NCBI GenBank assembly: GCA_016839705.1
Contig: JAEOTR010000044.1
Coordinates: 33,874 to 97,873, forward strand
Length of the DNA: 64,000 bases
Source of the DNA: Promethearchaeota archaeon
Lineage (GTDB): Archaea; Asgardarchaeota; Lokiarchaeia; Sigyniarchaeales; SOKP01
Direction: 5' to 3'
The notes below the pieces were generated by a model. It was not told where the DNA came from. It was given only the letters and a program-made list of their open reading frames with translations, and did not search any database. The position numbers were made by a program, and so were the translations under genes. Shown here piece after piece: positions 39,516-49,477 of the stretch (its first letter is position 1; every line of letters begins with the position of its first letter).

Positions 39516-41231
39516 TTATAAATAATACTTTTTAACCTCGGTTATAACTAGATTAATTAAATCTTTAGTATTTCGTATTGGATAAAAGGTCACCTTATCT
39601 AACAAGTTTTTAAATTTATCTTTTGGGATTTTAGATGGGCCTATAAAAAAACCGACAATTTTATGACCCTTTTGAGTTAAATCTATCATCGATTTCTTAG
39701 CTTTACTCCAATTATATATGCCAAAATCGGTTATTATAAAAACAAGTGATTTTCTTTCTGCTTTATCACATTGCTGTACAATCTCTTTTGTGGGGAGAAT
39801 TGTGCCACCACCTTGATACCTTAATAAAGTTTTTTCAGCTTTTTTGAAATCTGATGTCCATTGACAAATATCAGCTCGATTTGAAAAATTTATCACACTA
39901 AATTTAGCACCCTTCCTTGCTGCATGATGAAGAGCTGCAAACGCGGCTACCACCGCTATATGATAGGGACCTCTCCCTCTTTCTGATCTTGAGGAGTAAT
40001 TCCATCTCATAGAACCAGAAGAATCTAAAATAATTAGTAGATCGGGGATTTGTTTTTCTATTAGATGACCCGGTCCTTCCTTAACTGCCCATTTTCTTGT
40101 AGTGAGATTAGGAATAATAACGGGGCTATTTAGTAAAGTTTGAACTACATCCAACTCCTCTATTCTATCTCCTATACGCCATACCTCCGGATAAACGGGT
40201 AATTGACCCCCTGGCTTTTCTTCAAATATCTTGATTTCAATGAGATTTTTTGCCAAACCTCTATACCAAGTAGCTAACGCAGTTCCATCCGTTAAAATTC
40301 CTGCTTGAGTTGCTGGGCTACCAAACTCTGAGTATGGAATATTTTTAGCAAAATCTTCAGCTTTTTGTCGTAATTCATCTTCATTTCTTTCCTTTAACTT
40401 ATCAGAATTTTTATTTTCTAAAGGATTATCCATCACTTCCAAGACATCTTTAGGAACTTCAATATAAGTTCCTCCGGGACCTTTTCTTTTTTCATTTCCT
40501 TTATCAATTATACCATTCTTCCCAAGTAAAGCAAAAGTATCCTCAGTTAAGTTTTTTAAATATCTTGCTACAGTACTAACCTTTTTCTCCCAGGTTGATT
40601 CATCTTCAAAATCTTTGAGAATTACTTTTGCAACCCTCTCAGCCAACGAATCCATGTCATTGAGTGTCTCATCTTTCAAGAGATCAACATTCCAGAGTTT
40701 TTCATACTCTCGAAAGAGAAATTTGGTAAAGTCACTAATTTGACCCTTGTTTTTTAAATGATTATACGTAGTTTTTATTTCCCATGAAATCAAATTTGGG
40801 TATTTTTGATATAATTTAGTATCAATTATTAAATCCGCGAATACGTTTACAATTATAGGAGCATAATATTGATTTACATGCTTCATTGCAGCACTTAGTA
40901 ATTTGGCGTGGATTAATCCGTCATATGGAATAACTTCATAATGTGAAACTTCATGCATTGAGATGATATGGAAGTAGTCTCTGTATTCTTGATCTTCTCT
41001 AAATAACGGTGTATTAGCAAGATTCATGGTTATCTGCCATTTATTTTCGGGATCAATGTAAAATCCCTCTAGATGAGTATAATCAAAAACATAGTTAGGC
41101 TCGCCCAAAGGAGGGAAATAGAATTCTTTTAAAGTAAGAGCCCACGCATCCTTCGCTAATTCAACAACTTTCTGCTGTTTTGTTGTTAATTCTTTTGGAG
41201 CTTTACTTCTTCTTTTTTTTGAATAAACCAT
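39516..41231 (-). CDS. HExxH-containing N-domain + von Willebrand A domain protein
   Basis: MHEVSHY, MIDAS LDSSGSM, GGGT, FIITDFG. Confidence 0.85.
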   Translation of the reverse strand: MVYSKKRRSKAPKELTTKQQKVVELAKDAWALTLKEFYFPPLGEPNYVFDYTHLEGFYIDPENKWQITMNLANTPLFREDQEYRDYFHIISMHEVSHYEVIPYDGLIHAKLLSAAMKHVNQYYAPIIVNVFADLIIDTKLYQKYPNLISWEIKTTYNHLKNKGQISDFTKFLFREYEKLWNVDLLKDETLNDMDSLAERVAKVILKDFEDESTWEKKVSTVARYLKNLTEDTFALLGKNGIIDKGNEKRKGPGGTYIEVPKDVLEVMDNPLENKNSDKLKERNEDELRQKAEDFAKNIPYSEFGSPATQAGILTDGTALATWYRGLAKNLIEIKIFEEKPGGQLPVYPEVWRIGDRIEELDVVQTLLNSPVIIPNLTTRKWAVKEGPGHLIEKQIPDLLIILDSSGSMRWNYSSRSERGRGPYHIAVVAAFAALHHAARKGAKFSVINFSNRADICQWTSDFKKAEKTLLRYQGGGTILPTKEIVQQCDKAERKSLVFIITDFGIYNWSKAKKSMIDLTQKGHKIVGFFIGPSKIPKDKFKNLLDKVTFYPIRNTKDLINLVITEVKKYYL

Positions 41232-41279
41232 TCTTTTCTTATTATTATCTTAATTGAATCGTTTTATCTAATAATACTA

Positions 41280-43007
41280 TTATTCTTCCTTTTGAATATA
41301 ACCCAAATTATCCATTAAAGATCTTAGTTTTAAGGCATCAGAACCCCCTGAAATTTGAATGTTAACTAAAGAATCGTCTTTAGTTCCAGTTACATTAATC
41401 TCAATTGAAAGATCTTCCGATCTTATTTGCCTTGTCTGTCTTTGGCTAAACGCATCTTTTAAAGGTTGATCCAAGTTAGAAAACTCCGCTACGATTTCTG
41501 CCCAAACCTCTTTCCAGTATGAATACTTAATCACATAATCAGTAACGGTTTGTTTATAAAGCTCATGATTACACCATTCAATTAGATCTCCCCTGTTCGG
41601 AAAATCTATTTTTTTGAGTAAATCATCTCGAATATCTGCTAATTCACCAATATTCCCTTTTTTACCAGCTAGTATTATTTGTTGGGCAATAGGGGGATAC
41701 TCTTTATTATTGATAGAATTTACAAATGGAAGTAAATCGAATTTTACTATTAAATCATTTTTTTCGAACTTTTTCAATTCCTCTAAGTCGTTCTCTTTTG
41801 GATTACCTTCCCGAAACCTTTCAGTAATTTGGTAACATCTCTCACGACTTTTAAATCGTTTTTGAATCGACTTTAGGATATTCCGAGTAAATTCATACTT
41901 ATTACCGAAATATGGAGCTTTGTCTAATTCTCTTTTTACAAAGGCTACCCGATGTGAGATTACATATGGTGCAATAGTATTTACGATATTCACATCAATA
42001 ACATCAATTCCTAAAAGCCAAGTGAGAGCTTTTGAATATCTAAGTAGATCTTTTGCGACTCTGACACTTAGAATCGTATCTATTTTATTACAAACATTTT
42101 GAGCAGTATTAAAATGACAACCAGTGCATAGCCCCGAACTGGGTTTTATATCTTCAGTGTTACCCTTATCAATTCTAGAACACAAAGTAAACTCTCTAAC
42201 TATTGCATGGATATAATTATTTACATCAGGAGAAAAAGATATTCTGTTAACAAAATACCAAATTTCCATTAACTCATCAACACTTACAATTTTCGGAACT
42301 TGAATTAACTCATCAAATCCAGCATATTTCTCATCTTTCCCTGATAAAATTAATTGTAAGTCATGACTTGCTGGCATTGATATAGGAACAGAAATACCAA
42401 ACCTGTCCAAAAATGGTTGCGATAACTCAAAAGTTCCTACATCATTTGGGTTTATTGTAGCGAAAAGACAAAATTTACTAATTGTTGTAACTGAGTCATA
42501 GTATTTAACCGTCCCTTCAGCAAGCAGGGATAACAAAATATCTTGCGCATAAGGCGTTAAACGATTTACTTCATCTATAATTTTCCAGAAGTTAGTAACA
42601 AATTGTCTCCACACGACCTCTTCCTCACCCTCTTTCATTAATTTCCCTAATTTTAAAGTACCGATGAGTTTCTCTTCAGTTAATTGAGGATGTCCTCTAA
42701 TAATTGAATTCTCTATTTCTTGAAGGGAGGTTGCTGTAAACATTCTTCCTAAAAGTTTAACCAGGGTTGTTTTACCTCCACCATGACCCCCAATTAGAAG
42801 CATGGCAGAATTTGGAACTAGGGCATTTAAAATACATAAAGATAATATTTCTGGTAATGATCTTGATTGAATCTTTTTTGCTTTTTCAGGTAAATAATTT
42901 ATGACTAATTCTTTATAATGAACGAAGAGTTGATTTGCTTGGATTAAATTGATGATTTTCCAGACTTTTTTCCTTAAGATATCCTCTTCTCCTAAATTTG
43001 TCGACAT
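41280..43007 (-). CDS. MoxR-like AAA+ ATPase
   Basis: GGHGGGKT, IIDEVNR, FATINP..GTFEL..PFLDRF, SVR sensor 2. Directly upstream of the vWA gene. Confidence 0.88.
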   Translation of the reverse strand: MSTNLGEEDILRKKVWKIINLIQANQLFVHYKELVINYLPEKAKKIQSRSLPEILSLCILNALVPNSAMLLIGGHGGGKTTLVKLLGRMFTATSLQEIENSIIRGHPQLTEEKLIGTLKLGKLMKEGEEEVVWRQFVTNFWKIIDEVNRLTPYAQDILLSLLAEGTVKYYDSVTTISKFCLFATINPNDVGTFELSQPFLDRFGISVPISMPASHDLQLILSGKDEKYAGFDELIQVPKIVSVDELMEIWYFVNRISFSPDVNNYIHAIVREFTLCSRIDKGNTEDIKPSSGLCTGCHFNTAQNVCNKIDTILSVRVAKDLLRYSKALTWLLGIDVIDVNIVNTIAPYVISHRVAFVKRELDKAPYFGNKYEFTRNILKSIQKRFKSRERCYQITERFREGNPKENDLEELKKFEKNDLIVKFDLLPFVNSINNKEYPPIAQQIILAGKKGNIGELADIRDDLLKKIDFPNRGDLIEWCNHELYKQTVTDYVIKYSYWKEVWAEIVAEFSNLDQPLKDAFSQRQTRQIRSEDLSIEINVTGTKDDSLVNIQISGGSDALKLRSLMDNLGYIQKEE

Positions 43008-43174
43008 ATTGACTATTCTCCTTAGAATTTCAATATAAGATAAAAAGCTGTTCGATTATTTATTTTTTATGATTCATAAAGTGTTGGTACACTAGTAGAT
43101 AGGTGTTAATTAATAAGAGGGAAGTCATAATATTGAATAATTTTTTATTATGATAAGTTTACCGAAATCCTTTT

Positions 43175-43528
43175 TTAAAAATATCCGATGTGGCCTAAAT
43201 TTTTTTTATTCTCATCTAACGCATAAACTACGCCCATAGACAAAGGTTCTTCATTTTGGTCTCTTGTTGATTTTGCTACTTTCTTTAATGTTTCAAGTTT
43301 TAGAATGAAGACTCGATTGCACTTTTTACATCTTATATAGATTTCTTTTGTTATCTTTTTATCATCTTCATACTCTTCCTTCTTAAAGGGCTCTAATAAT
43401 CCTGTATCATCATTATCACAATTTTCCAAGAAGCATTGATCTAATGATATTTTTTCCATCCCCCGTCGTGCAAGAGCAATAAAAGCTTCAGGGGGGATTT
43501 CATTTCTTAAATCTTCAGTATTAGTCAT
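43175..43528 (-). CDS. Small hypothetical Zn-binding protein
   Basis: CFLENC and CKKC pairs. Confidence 0.6.
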   Translation of the reverse strand: MTNTEDLRNEIPPEAFIALARRGMEKISLDQCFLENCDNDDTGLLEPFKKEEYEDDKKITKEIYIRCKKCNRVFILKLETLKKVAKSTRDQNEEPLSMGVVYALDENKKNLGHIGYF

Positions 43529-43675
43529 ATTTAGTTTATAATATCGGATAAATTAATTCTTATTGTTATTTAATATAAAATTAATTGATCCTTAGCTTAT
43601 CAAAATTATTTTTGGTTGAGAGAAAATCTAAAAAGAATAAGCTTAATTAATATTTTTAATTATTTGAACTGAATA

Positions 43676-43981
43676 ATGTCAAAGAAGGAAGAGTTTTCAA
43701 AAGAAACCATTGATCACATTTCTAAATTAGCTTTAATAGAATTATCTGAAGAAGAAAAAGAAAATCTTTCCAAGCAGTTAGGAGATATTCTTAATTATTT
43801 TAGAAAATTAGATGATCTTGATACCAGTAATGTTTCACCTACAACACATCCGATTGATGGACTTTCCAATGTTTTCAGAGAAGATATTCCTTGGAAATCA
43901 CTTTCAAATGAGGAAGCATTAAAGAATACAAAACATAAAAAAGACGGTTTTTTTAAAGCACCAAGAATCTTAAAGGAGTAG
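43676..43981 (+). CDS. gatC: Asp-tRNA(Asn)/Glu-tRNA(Gln) amidotransferase subunit C
   Basis: HISKLALIEL, LD.LDTSNVSPTTHP, NVFRED, DGFFKAPRIL. Confidence 0.93.
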   Translation: MSKKEEFSKETIDHISKLALIELSEEEKENLSKQLGDILNYFRKLDDLDTSNVSPTTHPIDGLSNVFREDIPWKSLSNEEALKNTKHKKDGFFKAPRILKE

Positions 43982-44977
43982 CTATTTCTTATACTCGTCG
44001 GTTAAATTTCTTATTGCTTCAGCCATATCTCTCAGAGCCTGTCTACGTTCTGCTGGAGATAAGGCATCAAAATCATCACCAACATCCGTACCAATTGTAG
44101 AAGCCATGACATGAAATTTTCTTTGGACTAATCCTAATACATACCGTTCATAATATTCTAGTGCCTTAGTTAGTTTAGAGTCATCCTTAATTTTTTCCCA
44201 GAGTTCTAAGGTTTCCAATGATTTAATACCAAGATCTATCCTAAACCAACTAATCGGAAAGAGTAATTCTCGCTCTATCCCCATTTCAATTATTGCAAGA
44301 TTATCTTCATCGATATAAAGCTCTGGAATAATATCATCTTTGAATACAAGATTGTCACTCATGATGTACAAATTAGCAGCACCTCGACTTGTACATACAA
44401 TACCAGTAGCAAATCCTTTAGCCATTCTTAGAGTTTCAGCATAATCTTCTAACTTTGTACCGTTCAGATGCAGATTTACTCTTTTAACTCCTTGAAATTC
44501 TAATTTAATTTTATGAGTTCCTTTTGCATCAGATAATATCCTTGGAAATAATTGGTCATCTCTAGTTTTCTTATGTGCTTCAAGTAATTTATTTATTATT
44601 TGGTAATCTAATGTCAAACCGGGAATAATTGTATTTTGATTAAGAAAAGCATCAACTTCAAAATCGATTAAGCCATAGAATAGCTTTTTCTTATTCATTA
44701 TATTATAAATTGCTTTTACAATGGTTTTAACTAATCCTTCAGGATCTTCGCGCACTGAGTCATATTCCCGAACAGAGAAAGTATCAATTTGGTCATCTAA
44801 TCCTTCAATATCTTGATAGAAAGCCCCCCAGCTTAATTCGCTGAAAATTAAACCCTCGGAATATAGATTATGGAAGGCATCTATGCTTATGATGCTTTTA
44901 GAGCCTCCTAGTTCCACGCCTAATTTAGATCCAGAGGCTAGAATTGCAGAGGGTGGATTATAAAATTCTACCGGCAA
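43982..44977 (-). CDS. Hypothetical protein
   Basis: 331-aa ORF, TTG start, no motif recognised. Confidence 0.7.
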   Translation of the reverse strand: MPVEFYNPPSAILASGSKLGVELGGSKSIISIDAFHNLYSEGLIFSELSWGAFYQDIEGLDDQIDTFSVREYDSVREDPEGLVKTIVKAIYNIMNKKKLFYGLIDFEVDAFLNQNTIIPGLTLDYQIINKLLEAHKKTRDDQLFPRILSDAKGTHKIKLEFQGVKRVNLHLNGTKLEDYAETLRMAKGFATGIVCTSRGAANLYIMSDNLVFKDDIIPELYIDEDNLAIIEMGIERELLFPISWFRIDLGIKSLETLELWEKIKDDSKLTKALEYYERYVLGLVQRKFHVMASTIGTDVGDDFDALSPAERRQALRDMAEAIRNLTDEYKK

Positions 44978-45135
44978 TGTTCAACACTTTTTAGATAAAT
45001 TATCCAAATGATTTTACTCAGTTTTTAATCTGTTTTTCATATGATCTAAGAAAGAGCTTATATAAATAATTAGTGGAAACATTGGTGAAAATCTAGAAAG
45101 AAAGTTTTTATAATAATTCTAAGATTAAGCAAATT

Positions 45136-45348
45136 CTATGTTTCCCTTAATAAGGTTATTTCTGCTGAAAACCCAGGAATCATTCCTTCATAATCAACAA
45201 TTGTTTTTTCTTTTAATTTCTTTAAAATTAACCTAACTCCTTCAAATTCATCCTGACAAAGGTTTTGTAACTCTTTATAATTCAGCTGACCGTCGTTCTC
45301 CTTTAATTTTTCAATAATAAATTTCTCTTCTTGAGTTAGTTCTGACAT
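45136..45348 (-). CDS. Small winged-helix protein
   Basis: LTQEEKFIIEKLK..GQLNYKEL..VRLILKKLKEKTIV pattern. Confidence 0.7.
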   Translation of the reverse strand: MSELTQEEKFIIEKLKENDGQLNYKELQNLCQDEFEGVRLILKKLKEKTIVDYEGMIPGFSAEITLLRET

Positions 45349-45390
45349 AATGTAAATGTTTTACTGATAATTTATATAATTTTTCTAAAG

Positions 45391-45900
45391 TTATTTTTTT
45401 CCAGTACTACCAAATCCCCCTAATCCTCTTTCTGAAGACGCTAAATTTTCTGATTCTATGAATTCATATTCTTCCATTTTTACTAAAATTATTTGACAAA
45501 TTCTTTCTCCTCTTTTCAATATAACATTTTTATTTGAAAGATTAACAACAATTGCCATCCATTCATTACGATATCCTGAATCAATCGTACCTGGGGAGTT
45601 TACTATCGACAAACCCTCCCATAAAGCCAATCCACTTCTTGGAACGACTTTAAAATAATATCCTCTAGGAATTGCGGTAGCAAACCCTAATGAACATCCT
45701 ACTCTCTCTAAGGGTTGTAGGGAATAAGAATCTGATTCCACCTCAACCAATTCTCTTTTGTTTCCCTCAACAATTATCTTCTTAAATCCCTCAATTCTAG
45801 CATCCGCACCAGCATCACCTGTTTTAGATGGTTTTGGGATTGTTACATTTTTCCCTATTTTTTTAACTGGAATTTGTAATATCTTACCTTTCTTACTCAT
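45391..45900 (-). CDS. dut: Trimeric dUTP diphosphatase
   Basis: AGAD, PRSGLA, PGTIDSGYR, ERICQ, RGLGGFGSTG. Confidence 0.96.
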   Translation of the reverse strand: MSKKGKILQIPVKKIGKNVTIPKPSKTGDAGADARIEGFKKIIVEGNKRELVEVESDSYSLQPLERVGCSLGFATAIPRGYYFKVVPRSGLALWEGLSIVNSPGTIDSGYRNEWMAIVVNLSNKNVILKRGERICQIILVKMEEYEFIESENLASSERGLGGFGSTGKK

Positions 45901-46023
45901 GATTTATCATTCATAAAAAGATTAAGTTCATAAAAATACTTCCTATTAAAGAATAATTAAGTTCGAAAAAAAAAAAAAACTTATACAATTATTCATTTAA
46001 TCAAAGTATTAAATTTTCCATAA

Positions 46024-46488
46024 GTGAAAAAAATGATAATTATTGATAGATATGATCCTAGAAGTGACAAAGAAGCCTTAAAAGAGATTTTCCAAGATTT
46101 TATCGAACATAAATCCTACTTTTTCTCGCACTGGCAAAAATTTGAAGAAGAATTAAATAAACGAACGCTTTCTCTACAATATAGAAATTCAATGGTTGTG
46201 GCCAAAGAAGATGGAAAAATTGTAGGTTTTGGCACATATACATTATTTAGAGATTATTTAGGAAATGACAGAGTTCTAATTCATCAGATCTTAACAAAAA
46301 AAGAAGACTCCTTTAAAAAGGGAATTGAAGAAATGATTATTCGTGAAATGCAACTATACATTAAAAGAACTTTAAAAATTGATAAAGTCTACTTTATTTG
46401 CCCAGATGATGACGGAGCATTAAGATCCATATTTTTGAAGGTTGGAATTAATAAATCCAAATATTACTGGTATGAACATGAAATATAA
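46024..46488 (+). CDS. GNAT-fold acetyltransferase-like protein
   Basis: MVVAKEDGKIVGFG and FKKGIEEMII (degenerate motif A). Confidence 0.65.
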   Translation: MKKMIIIDRYDPRSDKEALKEIFQDFIEHKSYFFSHWQKFEEELNKRTLSLQYRNSMVVAKEDGKIVGFGTYTLFRDYLGNDRVLIHQILTKKEDSFKKGIEEMIIREMQLYIKRTLKIDKVYFICPDDDGALRSIFLKVGINKSKYYWYEHEI

Positions 46489-46526
46489 CTATATTGAACT
46501 GGAACAATTTTGGTAGTGAGGATAGA

Positions 46527-47510
46527 TTAAGTATATCCCAAAAAAGAGAATAGAAAAACATAAGAGAGAAAATAAAGCGTTATAAATACTAATCCTGCCT
46601 TCTTATCAATTTTTTGTCTTGTTGCAACCAAAATAAATACGATAAAACTTGCGATTAATGTATAGAGTACTGTAGGGACTGCGAGTGCCGCTGTGACTTC
46701 TTGTGGAAACAAAGCTTGCCCAATACCAATAGAAAGCGTTGAATCTACTATACATGATCCCACAATGTCTCCTATGGCAATCGAATGGTGCCCCATCCTA
46801 AGGGCATTAATATCTACAGCCAATTCCGGAAGTGAAGTGCCTACAGCAACTATAAAAAAACTTATAATATACTCATGTATGCTTAGTAGGCTTGAAATAA
46901 ATATTACGGATTCAACAATCATAAAAGAGGCTATTGTTACACCCCCAAATCCTAGTAATGCTATAAGAAGGTGAAATTTTTTACTCTTAGGTGCCTCGAT
47001 TTTCTCAATCATCTCCACTCTTTGTAGAATACTTTCCTTATTTGCATTGTATATTAACCAAATATATATTCCTAGGCTCCCAACCATTAATATCGCATTT
47101 AATCTAGTAATATACCCTTTCTCAACAATACTAAATATGACAATTAACGATAGAATTTCACATGCTCCTAAAATAATTATATCTTTTCTATTAACGTAAA
47201 TTATCCCTGTAATCAAAGGTAATAAACCAAAGACTAAGGTAAGTTGAGTTAAATCTGAACCCACAGAATCCCCAACATCAATATCTCCATGACCTAAAGC
47301 GCAAGATATAATTGAATTAAAAATTTCTGAAATATCAGTTCCTATAGAAACTAAAGTTATACCAATAATTAATGGTGATATTCCTAAAGCAGCAGCTAAA
47401 ATAGCGGAGTGCTTAACAGCCTTTAAACTTGAGTAAATAATTATGGCGATTCCGCTAATCAGAATCAAAATTGCTAATAATATCTCAACCATATTTATTT
47501 CAAAAACCAA
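46527..47510 (-). CDS. Ca2+:cation antiporter (CaCA, YrbG-like)
   Basis: Two alpha repeats SIGTDISE..GDSVGS and AVGTSLPE..GDIVGS, about 10 TMs. Confidence 0.9.
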   Translation of the reverse strand: MVFEINMVEILLAILILISGIAIIIYSSLKAVKHSAILAAALGISPLIIGITLVSIGTDISEIFNSIISCALGHGDIDVGDSVGSDLTQLTLVFGLLPLITGIIYVNRKDIIILGACEILSLIVIFSIVEKGYITRLNAILMVGSLGIYIWLIYNANKESILQRVEMIEKIEAPKSKKFHLLIALLGFGGVTIASFMIVESVIFISSLLSIHEYIISFFIVAVGTSLPELAVDINALRMGHHSIAIGDIVGSCIVDSTLSIGIGQALFPQEVTAALAVPTVLYTLIASFIVFILVATRQKIDKKAGLVFITLYFLSYVFLFSFLGYT

Positions 47511-47732
47511 TATAATTTTAGATTAGAAATCCTAATATCCCTTAAGTTCGCTCTCGTAAATACTATGTTTGATCTAATCCTAATTGATCGATTCTAATTT
47601 GCATGAATCTTCTCGTTCAGTTCTTATAGATATTACCTTATATATAAAACTATCCAATTTATATCCAATACCATCCATAGAAAATCCAAAAAACAGAAAA
47701 CTTATTATAGTAAAATATTCACAAAATAACTA

Positions 47733-47888
47733 ATGGATAATGAAAAACATGAATTCCATATCTCTTTAGAGAAGGATGTATTCGATAAATTAGAATCTAT
47801 AAAGGATTATCACGGAATTAAGAATATCACTGAAATTATTAGATTTTTAATCACTAAAGAGTATAGAGAAGTTAAAAAATCCGAATAA
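47733..47888 (+). CDS. Unannotated 51-aa ribbon-helix-helix (CopG-like) protein
   Basis: MDNEKHEFHISLEKDVFDKLESIKDYHGIKNITEIIRFLITKEYREVKKSE*: beta strand followed by two helices. Confidence 0.7.
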   Translation: MDNEKHEFHISLEKDVFDKLESIKDYHGIKNITEIIRFLITKEYREVKKSE

Positions 47889-47984
47889 TTTCTCATGAAT
47901 CTTTAATCTCTACATTTTTATTAAGATTTTATTATCTTTAACCGTAGTAACAAATCCTAAATTCGAAAATTCATATAAGTAATT

Positions 47985-48737
47985 GTGAAGATTTTGACAG
48001 AACGGATTGAAGAACTTATTGAAAAGGCAAAAAAATTAGTTTACCAAGAAAATTTTAAAAAAGCTTTAGATATCCTTGAAAATTTATATAAAAATAACCC
48101 TCATTCTGAGGAGGTTAAAGAAAGTCTTATAAAAGCTTTACTCTCTTTTGGAGGATATCTTAATGACGAGTATACTTTACAATATCATGAATCAAAAGAA
48201 ATATTTGAAAGAGTTATACAAATTGATCCTGACAATTATAGAGCTCATTATAACCTTGGGATTGCTAATTTTAATTTAGAAAATATAGAACAAGCGAAAC
48301 AATGCTATGAGGAAGCGATTAAAATTAAACCAGACTATAAATATTGCTTTTATAATCTTGGTTTAATTTATGAAAGTGAGGGAAATCTACAAGAAGCTTT
48401 AAAATATTATGAGATTGCTTTAGAAATAGACTCAAATTTTCTCTACGCTTACAATGCGAGAAATCATATTCTGGCAGATTTAGAAAATTTGAAAAATAGG
48501 GATGTAAATGAAAAGAAACACCAAAAGTTAGAGCAATTGCAATCATTACTCGAGATGTCAAAACGTATAAAAATAGAGATGATTCAAACTCTATTAAATA
48601 TAGATAAGGAAAAATTGTTGAACTTACTTATTATTTGGGGGAAGAAATACCAGTTTGAGATTGATGGTGACTATTTAATCATCATTAAAGAAGAGATACC
48701 ACACTTAATAAAATCTCTTGAAGAGATGGACATTTAG
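47985..48737 (+). CDS. TPR protein with C-terminal winged-helix (PCI-like) domain
   Basis: TPRs (AHYNLGIA..A..CYEEAIKIKP; FYNLGLIY..ALEID), then SKRIKIEMIQTLLNID..FEIDGDYLII. Confidence 0.8.
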   Translation: MKILTERIEELIEKAKKLVYQENFKKALDILENLYKNNPHSEEVKESLIKALLSFGGYLNDEYTLQYHESKEIFERVIQIDPDNYRAHYNLGIANFNLENIEQAKQCYEEAIKIKPDYKYCFYNLGLIYESEGNLQEALKYYEIALEIDSNFLYAYNARNHILADLENLKNRDVNEKKHQKLEQLQSLLEMSKRIKIEMIQTLLNIDKEKLLNLLIIWGKKYQFEIDGDYLIIIKEEIPHLIKSLEEMDI

Positions 48738-49048
48738 GATAGGTAAAAACTTAAAGTACCTAATAAATTTTAAATAAAAATTAACTCTTTATCAATCTAT
48801 TATGGATACTATAACAAATTATGACTACGATAAGTATAACTATACCCCCTATGATATACGGTAAAAGGTTGGTAAGTAATTCTGCGATAGGGTCTGACTG
48901 AAACATAGAAAAATTATATTAAAAGTTTTAAAGATTTAAAATAACTCGTAATATTTAAAATTTAACTATTGTTTTAATAAGAAAATTAAATGAGAGGGGA
49001 ACATCGAAAAAGAATAAAGAAAAAAAAATAGATATAGTTTTATATTTC

Positions 49049-49287
49049 TTATCTTTCTAATTGAAAATTGACTTGGACGCGAACGCGATAGATAAGCTTA
49101 TCAACATCTTCTTTGACTTTAACGTCGGATTCAATTATTTGAATATTTCGAATTCCACGTAAAGTCTTTTTGGCTTCTAAATATGCGTTTTTAGTCGAAT
49201 AATACGTGAATGTTGTTATTCTTTGACCGCATCAGCCCAATTTTTTTCACTCGTAGCAACGAGTTGGATTGATTTATAAACTGGTAT
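49049..49287 (-). CDS. Dodecin (flavin-binding protein), split by a 32-nt insert (candidate intron 49191-49222)
   Basis: Joined product is (M)PVYKSIQLVATSEKNWADAVKNAYLEAKKTLRGIRNIQIIESDVKVKEDVDKLIYRVRVQVNFQLER, 68 aa, matching the dodecin pattern VYK.I.LV.TS..W.DAV.NA...A.KTLR..YRV...V.F. ATA start lies 6 nt after AGGTGA. Confidence 0.85.
49191..49222 (-). other. Candidate bulge-helix-bulge-type (EndA-spliced) pre-mRNA intron
   Basis: AUGC GGUC AA|A GAAUAA-13nt-UUAUUC GACU AA|A AAC GCAU: 4-bp central helix GGUC/GACU, AAA after each strand, 6-bp intron stem. Canonical cuts restore GUC AAA AAC GCA. Confidence 0.75.
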
Positions 49288-49477
49288 TTTATTTCACCTT
49301 TTTTTTAATATTTTTATTAATTAATGTGTTTTATTTAGCAAGTTTATTTGTTATAGGGTAGTATTTAAATATATCTCAGAAAGGTCATTTTCCTTATGAA
49401 TATAATATGAAAACAAGAAAAGAACCAAAAAAAAAATGAATAAAAAATATTAAAATTTTTATCTCTTAATTATAAGC

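Noticed and set aside
48845-48900. Possible C/D-box sRNA (ATGATAT..CTGA with CCCTAT/ATAGGG pairing)
   Set aside because: Box C is degenerate, there are no clear internal C'/D' boxes, and the stem overlaps the boxes.
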